This document shows, in pieces, positions 49,074 through 58,981 of a stretch of DNA of 64,000 nt (within the stretch, counting starts at the first letter, position 1; each line of letters starts with the position of its first letter). The notes below the pieces were generated by a model. The model was not told the DNA's origin. It was given only the letters and a program-made list of their open reading frames with translations, and did not search any database. The translations under genes were made by a program, and so were the position numbers. Location: NCBI GenBank assembly GCA_963664325.2, contig CAXXDQ010000005.1, positions 64,001-128,000 on the forward strand, read 5' to 3'. Source of the DNA: Desulfomonilia bacterium (lineage in GTDB: Bacteria > Desulfobacterota > Desulfomonilia > UBA1062).

Positions 49074-49199
49074 ATTCCATTTTGCATTCATGATGATACC
49101 GAGGAGGCAAGGAAGAAGCGACGCAGGTGTACTTTTAAGGTACTCCGAGGAGCATTCTGACGCAGCTGACAAAGGTAGGGCTTGAATGCAAACTGGAAT
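49074..49199. mobile_element. MITE-like element (126 bp) with terminal inverted repeats
   Basis: attccattttgcattca ... tgaatgcaaactggaat; core gcaagga.gaagcgacg.aggtgtact...gtactccgaggagcattc shared with 37747-38047. Confidence 0.7.
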
Positions 49200-49321
49200 T
49201 AATTTATTTTTTCGTCAAGGCTGTAGCGTTCAGTAACCTGTCGGGTTGCAGCTTTCGTGATAAATCTGTAGAATATTCCGCCCAGTGAAACCGCTCCTAT
49301 TACCATAAAAAGGATGCTCAT
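49199..49321 (-). CDS. Putative 40-aa single-TM small protein MSILFMVIGAVSLGGIFYRFITKAATRQVTERYSLDEKIN
   Basis: ATG 1 nt after upstream stop, hydrophobic N-terminus; below the ORF-track cutoff. Confidence 0.5.
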   Translation of the reverse strand: MSILFMVIGAVSLGGIFYRFITKAATRQVTERYSLDEKIN

Positions 49322-49322
49322 T

Positions 49323-49547
49323 TTAAACCCCTTTCTTCTTGCTTAATTTTACCGATCCCCAGCTTCCGGCAATAATTCCCGTCATGATAAACAAGAGGGT
49401 AAAGCCGGGGTCGAATCCTGTTATCTTGTCGGCATAAAGGCCTGTACAGAGTCCTGAAAAGATTCCTGCCAGGATTACGGTGGCCCTGAGGGCGGTCATT
49501 CCAATCCCGGCAGAAAGTTTTTCCGTCTGTTTAATGCCTTTTGCCAC
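49323..49547 (-). CDS. AtpZ/AtpI-like two-TM small membrane protein
   Basis: G...G..AD...G..P.F.L.....G...G pattern. Confidence 0.6.
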   Translation of the reverse strand: MAKGIKQTEKLSAGIGMTALRATVILAGIFSGLCTGLYADKITGFDPGFTLLFIMTGIIAGSWGSVKLSKKKGV

Positions 49548-49557
49548 AACCGAGCCC

Positions 49558-49734
49558 TTAGAACAGTGCCGAAAGAAGCTGACGTGCGGGTGCAGTGTTT
49601 ACGCCCACCAGCATCACGATCAGTACATAGATTGCAGCTGCTTCTACAGGCGTCAGGCCCAGAACCTTGTATGTAAACCTAATTCCGATTCCCGTCAGGA
49701 ACAAGCAACCTATTACGATCCAAAGCATTAACAT
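49558..49734 (-). CDS. 58-aa two-TM small membrane protein
   Basis: RBS GGAGG before MLMLWIV; two hydrophobic helices. Confidence 0.6.
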   Translation of the reverse strand: MLMLWIVIGCLFLTGIGIRFTYKVLGLTPVEAAAIYVLIVMLVGVNTAPARQLLSALF

Positions 49735-49773
49735 GGCGTCTACCTCCGTTTTGTTTTTTTCTAAACCTGATGA

Positions 49774-49818
49774 AGCAAACGATGTGCCAAATTTAAGTGG
49801 CATTTTAACTTGTTGATA
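49774..49818 (-). promoter_or_regulatory. sigma54 (-24/-12) promoter with adjacent IHF site
   Basis: TTGGCACATCGTTTGCT at 49790-49774; TATCAACAAGTTA (WATCAANNNNTTR) at 49818-49806. Confidence 0.75.
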
Positions 49819-50013
49819 TTTTAAAATAATTTCCATGCATCATTAAATGCTTTGTCATCGTGTCCTGAACACAAACCTGCCGGACGGGCAATGCCGGAAC
49901 ATTTTGTCAATTTCGGGAAATACATGCCCGGCATTTTGTGACAATTTGGCAAAATTGTCTACAACGTTCAATAACCGCTTGATTTTATGTTGATTCATAA
50001 ATATCTTTAACCC

Positions 50014-50757
50014 ATGCTGGCTATAGATATAGGCAATACCTTTATAAAGGCGGCTGTCGTTGATGGCAGGGGCGTTTCAAATATAAGTTATCTCTCAACA
50101 GAGAAGTGCATAAGAGAGAATAAATTCTTTCCCTTGCTGCCCTTAAAAAAAATCAGCGCTAACGGCATTGCCATTGCCAGTGTGAGGAAGCAGGCGCTTG
50201 AAATAATAATGAATGAAGCGCGAAGCTTGTTTGGCGGAGCACCTTTCATTGTGGATATCTCAACAGACACCGGGATTAAAAACCTGTATCTCACCCCTGA
50301 TACGCTTGGCATCGACAGGCTGGTAACCTCTGCAGCTGCGTGGCATCTGTACCGGCAGGGAGACAGTCCGGTTATAACGGTAGACATGGGAACCGCCACG
50401 ACGATAGACCTGGTAAGCTCAAAGGGCGAATTTATGGGCGGCATAATTGCGCCCGGTCTGGAAAGTGCGCTTGAGGGCCTGCTTGAGAACGCACCCGAAC
50501 TCCCGAGAGTCATTGTTGAAAAGGTCAACAGGCTTATCGGCAGGACCACCGCCGAGTGTATGTCATCAGGAGCTGTCGCATCGCAAGCCGCGATGATAAG
50601 GGGATTAACGGACATGATCGATCCACACGCTGTTGCCGTTGTCACGGGAGGTATGGCTCCGGTGATATCAAACTGGCTGAACGGACGGTATATAATTGAT
50701 GAGAACCTTATGTTCAAGGGCCTTAAATTAATCTATGAAAGAAACCGCAATTCCTGA
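50014..50757 (+). CDS. coaX: Type III pantothenate kinase
   Basis: LAIDIGNT, LGIDR, VDMGTATT, GG.I.PG, TGG. Confidence 0.94.
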   Translation: MLAIDIGNTFIKAAVVDGRGVSNISYLSTEKCIRENKFFPLLPLKKISANGIAIASVRKQALEIIMNEARSLFGGAPFIVDISTDTGIKNLYLTPDTLGIDRLVTSAAAWHLYRQGDSPVITVDMGTATTIDLVSSKGEFMGGIIAPGLESALEGLLENAPELPRVIVEKVNRLIGRTTAECMSSGAVASQAAMIRGLTDMIDPHAVAVVTGGMAPVISNWLNGRYIIDENLMFKGLKLIYERNRNS

Positions 50758-50811
50758 AAAATACCGCATGAAGCCCTTGTTGCATTCTATTTTTTGAGTT
50801 AGGATGAAACC

Positions 50812-52653
50812 ATGAAATCAGGACCAGCCAGACACATGTTGAGCATCATCTTTTCCCTTGTAATTACCCTATGCATGGCAATCCCGGCAGAAGCAGGGGC
50901 AACGGCCGCATCCCTTTATCAGCAGGCAAACAAAGGCTATGTCGAGCTGTCCCGGGACGCCGCCCTGAAAAAGGATAAAGACAACTGGATAAAGGTAATA
51001 AAGCAGTTCGAAACGGTTGTTAAGAAATATCCAAAGTCAGCGCAGGCCCCCAAATCCCTCATCATGGAAGGTAAGCTCTATGAGCAGGTTTACGGCTATT
51101 TCTGGAAGAAAAAAGACCTTGATGCGGCGCTTTTGGCCTTTGGAACGGTCGTCGACAAATACCCGGACAGCCCTGTTGCCGATGATGCCCTGTTCAGGCA
51201 AGCCAGGCTGTATGAGACAAGGCTGAAGGACAAAAAAAAGGCGGTTGAACTTTACAGGCAGATAGTAACGCAATATCCCAAAAGCGATACGGCACAGCAG
51301 GCGCGCGAGGAGTTGAACGCAATAAACATCAAGGATGAGGCGACTGTACAGAAAACTGAAATAAAGAAGACTGCAAAAGCGGATAAAAAGGCCGGCGGGG
51401 ATAGCCTTAAGGAAAAAGGGCCGGCAGAACCGAAAGAGGACAAGGGAGAACAGGCCTCCGCCGGCCCGGTTAATGTCAAGAATATCCGGCAGTGGTCTGA
51501 CAGCGACTATACGAGATTTGTAATAGAACTTGACGGTGATGCGGCTTTCAAGACATTTTCCCTGCCTCCCAACGAGGAGGCTGCCAGGCCCCAGCGTATC
51601 GTTATGGATGTCATGGGTGCCAGGCTGTCTAAAGGCATACCGCTGAAAGCGGACCTTAACGACGCCCTGCTTAAGACCATGCATGTCAGCCAGAATACAA
51701 AGGACAAAGTGAGAATCGTGCTGGATCTCAGTTCAAAGGCGGACTACAAGGCGTTCCCGATGGAAAACCCGTCAAGGATCATACTTGATATAAAGTCAGG
51801 TCCCGACACCCCGGCTGCTGTGGTGTGTGATCCCAAGGATATAAAGAAGCTCTCGCCTCAGTCTGAAACCGAATTCCATAAGGTCAAGAAATACTCTTCA
51901 TCACAGGTGCCGGAAGACAGCCCTTCGATTCCCAAGCAGCTTTCACTCAAGGTCTCCAAGATAGTAGTAGATGCAGGCCACGGGGGAAAGGACCCGGGAG
52001 GGCTGGGGCCCAACGGCGAGAAGGAAAAGGAAATCAATCTGGCTGTCGCCAGGCAGCTGGCAAAAAGGCTGAAAGACCAGGGTTACGAGGTCCTGCTTAC
52101 CAGGGATAGCGATGTGTTCATACCTCTGGAAGAAAGGACGGCCTTTGCCAACAGGAAGAAGGCCGATCTGTTCATATCCGTGCATGTGAATGCAAACGAC
52201 AATTCTGACATCACCGGTATTGAAACATATTTCCTGAACCTGACCACCGATGCCTCGGCCATTCGTGTTGCGGCCCGTGAAAACGCCACTACTACAAAGT
52301 CAATAAGCGATCTCCAGTTTATTATAAACGATCTTATGCTGACATCGAAAATAAATGAATCCTCAAGGTTTGCATCATCGACTCAAAAATCCATAATCGG
52401 CTCCCTTGACAAGAATGAAATTGCCACAAAGGATCATGGTGTGAAGCAGGCCCCGTTTTATGTCCTGATAGGGGCCAAGATGCCGGCCATTCTCGTCGAG
52501 ATAGGCTTTATCACTAATCCGAACGAATGCGAACTGCTGCACAGCGATGAGTATCAGCAAAGCATTGTCGACGGGATAGTGGTGGGAATAAATACATATG
52601 TCTCGAATACATGCTATGCTCTCAAGGACAAAGACAGGGAGAAGATACAATGA
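50812..52653 (+). CDS. N-acetylmuramoyl-L-alanine amidase (TPR + AMIN + Amidase_3)
   Basis: VDAGHGGKDPG, EK, LTR, SVH.N, LVE.GFI.N; N-terminal TPRs and signal peptide. Confidence 0.92.
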   Translation: MKSGPARHMLSIIFSLVITLCMAIPAEAGATAASLYQQANKGYVELSRDAALKKDKDNWIKVIKQFETVVKKYPKSAQAPKSLIMEGKLYEQVYGYFWKKKDLDAALLAFGTVVDKYPDSPVADDALFRQARLYETRLKDKKKAVELYRQIVTQYPKSDTAQQAREELNAINIKDEATVQKTEIKKTAKADKKAGGDSLKEKGPAEPKEDKGEQASAGPVNVKNIRQWSDSDYTRFVIELDGDAAFKTFSLPPNEEAARPQRIVMDVMGARLSKGIPLKADLNDALLKTMHVSQNTKDKVRIVLDLSSKADYKAFPMENPSRIILDIKSGPDTPAAVVCDPKDIKKLSPQSETEFHKVKKYSSSQVPEDSPSIPKQLSLKVSKIVVDAGHGGKDPGGLGPNGEKEKEINLAVARQLAKRLKDQGYEVLLTRDSDVFIPLEERTAFANRKKADLFISVHVNANDNSDITGIETYFLNLTTDASAIRVAARENATTTKSISDLQFIINDLMLTSKINESSRFASSTQKSIIGSLDKNEIATKDHGVKQAPFYVLIGAKMPAILVEIGFITNPNECELLHSDEYQQSIVDGIVVGINTYVSNTCYALKDKDREKIQ

Positions 52654-53297
52654 GAAAGGCTTATCCTCTTATACTTTCCATAATATTCACTTTTATAATC
52701 GGAGCAGGTTATGGAAAGAGCAATATCATGGAAAAGCAGATAGGCGCCCCCGGCCCTGATTTGTCGGTCACTGCCCGGGAAGTCAAGCCGGCAAACGCTT
52801 ATGCCGATAAAAAAGTGGAAATTGCCTGCAATAATGTACCGTTTAACCCGTTTACCATTCACCTGGAAATGAATCAGTACAAGGAGACCGCATTGGCTGC
52901 GGCTTCCGAATACGGCAATTCCATCGGGCAGACTTTCGTTACCAGAACACCGGTTGCAAACAGCACATGGTACTCCGTAGATCATGGTTCGTTCAGGAAC
53001 GCCAAAGATGCGGTAACAAAGATGCAGGACCTGAAAGCCAAAGGGCTTATTCCAAAGGATGCCTATGTCGGCGCACCTATGCCTTATGCCGTGGAAATCG
53101 CTTCCGCCCTCACAAGGGAAAAGGCCTTGAAGGAAATCTCCCGGGCCAGAAAATCGGGAGTTTCCGCATATATAATCCAGGGGAATGAAAACTGTTTCCG
53201 TGTCATGTCGGGCGCTTTCCCGAACAGGGATACAGCAGGTTTTTATGAAAAGGAAATCAGAAATCTTGGCCTGCCTGCCAGGGTTGCTCCGCGATGA
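52650..53297 (+). CDS. SPOR domain protein
   Basis: WYSVDHGSF...DA and FRVMSGAF...A SPOR-like repeats; N-terminal TM. Confidence 0.7.
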   Translation: MRKAYPLILSIIFTFIIGAGYGKSNIMEKQIGAPGPDLSVTAREVKPANAYADKKVEIACNNVPFNPFTIHLEMNQYKETALAAASEYGNSIGQTFVTRTPVANSTWYSVDHGSFRNAKDAVTKMQDLKAKGLIPKDAYVGAPMPYAVEIASALTREKALKEISRARKSGVSAYIIQGNENCFRVMSGAFPNRDTAGFYEKEIRNLGLPARVAPR

Positions 53298-54178
53298 ACG
53301 ATGCATTGATTGATTCATTTATCGAATACCTTGTTACCGAGAGATCCTCTTCCGAAAATACCATGTCTTCATATTCGAACGACTTGAAGGCCTACGGTTT
53401 GTGGCTTGATGAAAAAGGCCTGGATTTCGAAAAGGTTGACTACTACGAACTGGCGGACTATCTGGCCTTCATGAAGGAGTCTGGCCTTAAAACGACCAGC
53501 GTCAACAGAAAGCTTTCCACAATCAGGCAGTTTTACAGGTTTCTTCTTGATGAAGGCATCATAGAAAAGGACCCGGCAAGGGAGGTTCTCATGCCCAAGA
53601 GGGCGCAATACCTGCCTGAAGTCCTTAATGTCAGCGAGGTGGAGGGTCTCCTGAATGCACCCGATACGTCAAAGCCTTTAGGCAAAAGAGATAAGGCCAT
53701 GCTGGAGCTTCTTTATGCCACCGGTCTCAGGGTCAGCGAGCTTGTAAAGCTGAAACTCAATAACATCAACCTGGGTTCCGGTTTTCTTATAACAAAGGGC
53801 AAGGGCGGAAAAGAGAGGCTCGTCCCCATGGGGGAGAAGGCAATTTTATGGACAAGGGAATATATTGAAACCGTAAGGCCATCCATGTCCATGAAAAAAA
53901 GCGAGATACTCTTTTTCTCAAACAGGGGAACAGCCATGACCAGACAGAATTTCTGGTATATCATCAAGCGCTATGCTCTATCTGCAGGCATATACAGGGA
54001 TATCTCGCCTCATACGCTGAGGCATTCGTTTGCCACCCACCTGCTGACCGGAGGGGCGGACCTGCGTTCCGTTCAGATGATGCTGGGCCATTCGGACATA
54101 TCCACGACGCAGATATACACCCATATTACCTCGCAGAGGCTTAAAGAGGTGCATACCCGCTATCACCCGAGAGGCTGA
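53294..54178 (+). CDS. xerD: Tyrosine recombinase XerD
   Basis: ELLYATGLRVSEL, GKGGKERLVP, SPHTLRHSFATHLL, LGHSDISTTQIYTH, YHPR. Confidence 0.92.
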   Translation: MNDALIDSFIEYLVTERSSSENTMSSYSNDLKAYGLWLDEKGLDFEKVDYYELADYLAFMKESGLKTTSVNRKLSTIRQFYRFLLDEGIIEKDPAREVLMPKRAQYLPEVLNVSEVEGLLNAPDTSKPLGKRDKAMLELLYATGLRVSELVKLKLNNINLGSGFLITKGKGGKERLVPMGEKAILWTREYIETVRPSMSMKKSEILFFSNRGTAMTRQNFWYIIKRYALSAGIYRDISPHTLRHSFATHLLTGGADLRSVQMMLGHSDISTTQIYTHITSQRLKEVHTRYHPRG

Positions 54179-54179
54179 T

Positions 54180-56813
54180 GTGGAGGTTATCACTACCCAT
54201 ATCCAGGCCGATTTCGATTCGTTTGCATCCATGCTTGCGGCAAAACTCCTGTATCCGGATGCCGTGCTTGTTTTTCCCGGTGCGCAGGAAAAAAGCGTGC
54301 GCGATTACCTGCAGGGCGCAGGCAAAGAGTTTTCGGGTTCGATTGAGAAACTCCGCCAGGACAGGCTCGGCGAGATAACCAGGCTAGTGGTTGTCGATAC
54401 GAAGCAGGCATCGCGCATCGGTGTGTTCTCTGAGATAATCGGCAGGCCCGGTCTCGAGATTATTGTTTACGACCACCACAGGGCCTCTGCTGATGATATA
54501 TCAGGGACAGTGGAACACTGTGAAGAGCTCGGCTCGACAGCAGCCCTTATGGTGGAAGAGCTTAATCGCAACGGTATAACGCCGCCGCATGAAGTTGCCA
54601 CTGTCATGGCCATGGGCATATTCGAAGACACCGGGTCGCTGCTGTTCCCTTCCGTGACGGCCAGGGACTGCATAGCGTATGCGAGCCTTATCTCATGGGG
54701 AGCGGACGTCAATCAGGTCTCAAGGATGGTCTCAAAGGAACTCAGCCCCGTGCAGGTGGATGTCCTTGACCAGCTCATAAAGAATTCACGGACATATCAT
54801 ATAAACGGCATCGATGTCATGTTTACACAGTCCGTGTCCCTGGAATACGTTGAAGATTTTGCCATGCTTGTCCACAAGTTGAGGCCCATGTTTGCGGAAG
54901 AGGCGATATTCGCATTCGGGCAGATGGGGGAGAGGATATATCTCGTTGCAAGGAGCTCCATCCCTCAGATCAATTCGGCTGATGCAACGGCAATCTTCGG
55001 CGGCGGGGGACACCCGAGCGCCTCGGCGGCTTCGGTAAAGGACATGGGTCTTGACCAGGCGCAGGCCGCATTGCTGAAGCATCTGAAGAAGACGACCAAG
55101 CCCAGGATAACTGCCAGGGACATCATGACCTTTCCGGTGAAAGGGATATACCTTGACTCCACGATCGACGACGCCAGCGACGTGCTCAACAAATACAACA
55201 TAAACGCCGCCCCGGTAAAATCAAAAGACGAGAAACTCCTCGGCCTTGTAACCAGGCAGGTGGTGAGCCGGGCGCAGGGGCATAACCTCGGCGGCTCAAA
55301 GGTGATCGAGTATATGATCCGCGACATCAGGACGGTAAGACCCGAGGCCTCGGTCGGAGAAATAAGGTCACTTGTCATAGACGGGTTTCAGCGGCTCCTG
55401 CCGGTAATGGATGATAAAAAGGTGATAGGCGTCATAACCCGCACGGACCTTATGCGCATTATGCATGAAAAGATGGGAAAGAGTGAAGGCCTGCAGTCTT
55501 CGTCGCCTCCCAAGAAATATGTCCAGTCCCTCCTGTTTGAAAGGCTGCCGAAAGAGCTTTATGAGCTGATGAGAAGGGCTGGTGAACTGGCCACCGAAAT
55601 GGGTTTCAACCTCTTCATCGTGGGCGGCATAGTCCGGGACATGGTCATGCGCATTGACAATCTTGACATCGACCTTGTTGTCGAAGGCGACGGGATAGCC
55701 TTTGCAAAGGAACTTGCAAAGGTGAACGGTGCCCGGATCGCCTCCCATGAGAAATACAAGACGGCGGTTTTGACGCTCAAAAACGGCCGGCATATTGATA
55801 TCGCCACGGCCAGGCTTGAATACTACAAGATACCCGGCGGTTTCCCGGTGGTCGAGGAGTCGACTCTCAAGCTCGACCTGTACAGGAGGGATTTCACGAT
55901 AAACACACTGGCGATTGCGCTTAATCCCAGCCGGTTCGGCGAGATGATAGACTTTTTCGGCGGCCAGAGGGACATCAAGGAAAAGAGGATAAGGGTGCTC
56001 CATTCTCTCAGCTTTGTAGAAGACCCGTCGCGTATTTTAAGGGCCGTCCGGTTTGAAAAGCGCCTGGGATTCGCGCTTGGCAGGCAGACCCTTTCACTGG
56101 TCCATTCAGCGGTCTCATCAGGGTTTTTACACGGCATACCGGGCAGGCGTATATTCCATGAAATAGGTCAGATACTGTCCGAGGACGACCCTTTGCCCGC
56201 TATGGAGAGGCTGTGGGAGCTGGGGGTCCTTGAAACCATACACAAGGGAATCATCTATAACGAGCAAACGGCTGAGCTGTTCAGGCATGTGAAGGAGACG
56301 CTCAGCTGGTTCAGCCTGCTCTATACGCATGAAAGGCTCAGGCACTGGTTTGTGTTCATGATGGCGCTTACGGACCAGATGAAGCCCAAGACGATTATCG
56401 CAATCGGCGAAAGTCTCGGGGTGGGTATGGAGGAAATACGGCAGCTCCTGAGCGCGAAGACCTCCGCCTTTGAAATGTTCAAGGCCTTTGCCATGGAAAA
56501 GGAAAGGTCCGCGGCATGGGTGGTCAATACCGTTGAAGGCGCAAGCCTGGAAGAGATACTGTTCGTGATGTCAAAGACCAGGAGCATCGACATGAAGGAG
56601 AGGATCTCGTCGTTTATCACAGCCTGGCGCCATTTCAAGCCTCCCGTTACCGGCAAAGACCTAATCAGAATCGGTTTCAGGCAGAACAAGCATCTGGGCG
56701 TCTGCCTCAAGGAGATAAGGGACAGGGGCCTCAACGGAGAGATAAAGGATTATAACGAGGCCATGCTTTTCGCCAGAAAGATGCTGGCTGAGCAGAAAAG
56801 AGAAGAAGGTTGA
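54180..56813 (+). CDS. DHH + CBS + nucleotidyltransferase (A-adding/CCA-type tRNA nucleotidyltransferase)
   Basis: DFD, DHH, GGGH; CBS pair; VGG.VRD, DID, RRDFTIN, EDP.RILR. Confidence 0.9.
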   Translation: MEVITTHIQADFDSFASMLAAKLLYPDAVLVFPGAQEKSVRDYLQGAGKEFSGSIEKLRQDRLGEITRLVVVDTKQASRIGVFSEIIGRPGLEIIVYDHHRASADDISGTVEHCEELGSTAALMVEELNRNGITPPHEVATVMAMGIFEDTGSLLFPSVTARDCIAYASLISWGADVNQVSRMVSKELSPVQVDVLDQLIKNSRTYHINGIDVMFTQSVSLEYVEDFAMLVHKLRPMFAEEAIFAFGQMGERIYLVARSSIPQINSADATAIFGGGGHPSASAASVKDMGLDQAQAALLKHLKKTTKPRITARDIMTFPVKGIYLDSTIDDASDVLNKYNINAAPVKSKDEKLLGLVTRQVVSRAQGHNLGGSKVIEYMIRDIRTVRPEASVGEIRSLVIDGFQRLLPVMDDKKVIGVITRTDLMRIMHEKMGKSEGLQSSSPPKKYVQSLLFERLPKELYELMRRAGELATEMGFNLFIVGGIVRDMVMRIDNLDIDLVVEGDGIAFAKELAKVNGARIASHEKYKTAVLTLKNGRHIDIATARLEYYKIPGGFPVVEESTLKLDLYRRDFTINTLAIALNPSRFGEMIDFFGGQRDIKEKRIRVLHSLSFVEDPSRILRAVRFEKRLGFALGRQTLSLVHSAVSSGFLHGIPGRRIFHEIGQILSEDDPLPAMERLWELGVLETIHKGIIYNEQTAELFRHVKETLSWFSLLYTHERLRHWFVFMMALTDQMKPKTIIAIGESLGVGMEEIRQLLSAKTSAFEMFKAFAMEKERSAAWVVNTVEGASLEEILFVMSKTRSIDMKERISSFITAWRHFKPPVTGKDLIRIGFRQNKHLGVCLKEIRDRGLNGEIKDYNEAMLFARKMLAEQKREEG

Positions 56814-56857
56814 CTTGAGAATATCAAATCCTGTAATCAGTCATCACTGAAACTTGT

Positions 56858-56930
56858 GGGGATGTAGCTCAGCTGGGAGAGCACAGCGTTCGCAATGCTG
56901 GGGTCGAGGGTTCGAATCCCTTCATCTCCA
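56858..56930 (+). tRNA. tRNA-Ala (CGC), CCA not encoded
   Basis: GGGGATG/CATCTCC acceptor stem with G3:U70, anticodon loop TT-CGC-AA, TTCGAAT T-loop. Confidence 0.95.
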
Positions 56931-57305
56931 CTTTTAAATTATTTATTTTAAAAGATAGCTCATATTTATATATCGAAATGCCATGTATAAAACATATGTA
57001 TTGAGAATATAATATTGATCGTTTGAATTTTACTGAATTTGCCCTTTGCTCTGAAAATATTTAAACAACTTTAAAAGTCCTTTTGTTTTCCATCTGAAAA
57101 TACTTTTCAAATGTTTTGTTTGTTAAGCTTGGTGCAGTCAAAGTTTTTTCTGAATCATAAACTTAAACTTTCCTGGTTGCTGTTTTATTCTCTGCTTTCT
57201 AACTCAGGTATTTGGAACCGGAAATTAAGGTTTATCCTGATTTAACAATATTCTAAACCCTGCAAAATGAAACTGTAAAAACTAAAAAAAGGGAGGATTA
57301 AGGCT

Positions 57306-57743
57306 GTGAAGAAGACAACGGTATTGGTTATAGTATTTATAATAGCGGTTTTCACAAATGCAAACGCTGAAGAATTCAAAGGCTATCTCTCTGACGCGAT
57401 ATGCGGAATCAGCGGCACTGAACCTTACGGCAACGATCTAACCTTAAACCCGGAAAGACTTACGATAGAAACCATGAGAACCCCGGCATGTGTTGCGGCA
57501 GGATATGGAATATTTATCTACAATAATGATTATAAAAAATTCATTTTCCACAAATTTGATAAAGACGGCAGCGATATGGCAAAAAAGCAAATTGTTGATG
57601 TCTATAACCAGAAAGATAATGTTGCAATAATTGTAGATGGTGAGCTTCTGGGTGATGGCTCAATCAAGGTTTCAAGGATTATGGAGGATAAAAAAATTCG
57701 CCTCAAAAATGAAATAAATAATACATGGTGGGAAAGGGAGTAG
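57306..57743 (+). CDS. Secreted hypothetical protein, copy 1 (145 aa)
   Basis: Signal peptide ANA-EE; GYLSD.IC...PAC.AAGYG; RBS GGAGG. Confidence 0.8.
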   Translation: MKKTTVLVIVFIIAVFTNANAEEFKGYLSDAICGISGTEPYGNDLTLNPERLTIETMRTPACVAAGYGIFIYNNDYKKFIFHKFDKDGSDMAKKQIVDVYNQKDNVAIIVDGELLGDGSIKVSRIMEDKKIRLKNEINNTWWERE

Positions 57744-58166
57744 TTGAACCTGCAACAAATGGCAAATCATTAAGCGCAATATACAACCGGCGAGGGGTTT
57801 TAAAGAATCTGAGTATGAATGCATTTAACCCCCTGCCGGTTGTTGATTCATTGAAACTAGTATTCGATCCACACCCCACCCACCGCTTATTTTTACTGCC
57901 CTGTCTCACTGCAAGAATTTCTGCCATCACAAGATTGATTCATTGAAAGTCTTATGTCATTCACCTTTATTCTCATGTGTCAAAAGTTTTATTGCCATTA
58001 AAGTTTTCATGAACCAAGGATTCAAGCCGTCTCGATAGCTGTTGTATTCTCTGCTTTCTAACTCAGGTATTTTGAACCGGAAATTAAGGTTTATCCTGAT
58101 TTAACAACTTTCTAAACCTTGCAAAATAAGATTGTAAAAATAAAAAATAAATGGAGGTTTAAGATT

Positions 58167-58604
58167 ATGAAGAAGATTACAGTATTGGCAATAGTTTTTA
58201 TTATAGCTGCTTTCACAAATGTAAACGCGGCAGAATTCAAGGGCTATCTCTCTGATGTGATATGCGGAACCACCGGCATTGAACCTTATGGCAACGATCT
58301 CACCGTGAATCCGGGAAAAAACACTATTGAAACCATGAGAACTCCGGCATGTGCTGCGGCAGGTTATGGAATATTTATCTACAATAATAATTATAAAAGA
58401 TACATTTTTCACAAATTTGATAAAGCCGGCAGCGATATGGCAAAAAAGCAGATTGTTGACGTGTATGACCAGAATGATAATGTTGCAATAATTGTAGATG
58501 GTACTCCTTTAGATGATGGCTCGATCAAGGTTTCAAGAATTATGCTGGATAAAAGTTTCCGACTCAAAGGTGAAGGTGTTAAAAAAATGTGGGAAAATGA
58601 GTAG
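58167..58604 (+). CDS. Secreted hypothetical protein, copy 2 (145 aa)
   Basis: Paralog of 57306-57743 of the same length; RBS GGAGG. Confidence 0.8.
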   Translation: MKKITVLAIVFIIAAFTNVNAAEFKGYLSDVICGTTGIEPYGNDLTVNPGKNTIETMRTPACAAAGYGIFIYNNNYKRYIFHKFDKAGSDMAKKQIVDVYDQNDNVAIIVDGTPLDDGSIKVSRIMLDKSFRLKGEGVKKMWENE

Positions 58605-58814
58605 TTGAACCTGCAGCAAATGACAAATCATTAAGCGCCATATACAACCGGCTAGGGATTTTAAAGAATCTGAATATGAATGCATTTAACCCCCTGCCGG
58701 TTGTTGATTCTTTGATGACGGTGCCTGCTATATGACATCTCCATTAATTGTAAAACAGCAAGTTGGAGGAATGGACTCTTAAATATCGGTCTGCCGGGTC
58801 CGGCGAGATATTCA

Positions 58815-58899
58815 TGGTGCGAGAGAAGGGACTTGAACCCCCACGGATCACTCCACCAGATCCTAAGTCTGGCGCGTCTGCCAGTTCCGCCACTCTCGC
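58815..58899 (-). tRNA. tRNA-Leu (TAG)
   Basis: GCGAGAG...CTCTCGCACCA, anticodon arm CCAGA-CT-TAG-GA-TCTGG, long variable arm. Confidence 0.95.
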
Positions 58900-58981
58900 C
58901 CGTTCCCCTTCTATCAATATGAGGGCATGTTTTGTCAAGAAGCTTTTCGGATTGAACTTGCGGGTATGAATTGATACGGGT

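Larger units (their letters stand above)
57179..58715. repeat. Tandem duplication, two ~677-bp units (57179-57854 and 58038-58715)
   Basis: Upstream leader, gene and downstream hairpin are all duplicated with ~860-bp period. Confidence 0.9.

Noticed and set aside
53294-54178. Tyrosine recombinase as integron integrase or island integrase
   Set aside because: Typical XerD length and motifs, no IntI-specific insertion, embedded in a housekeeping operon far from the cassettes
54180-56930. DHH-CBS-nucleotidyltransferase fusion next to a CCA-less tRNA as a novelty
   Set aside because: This architecture is known for A-adding tRNA nucleotidyltransferases; the adjacency needs no special explanation
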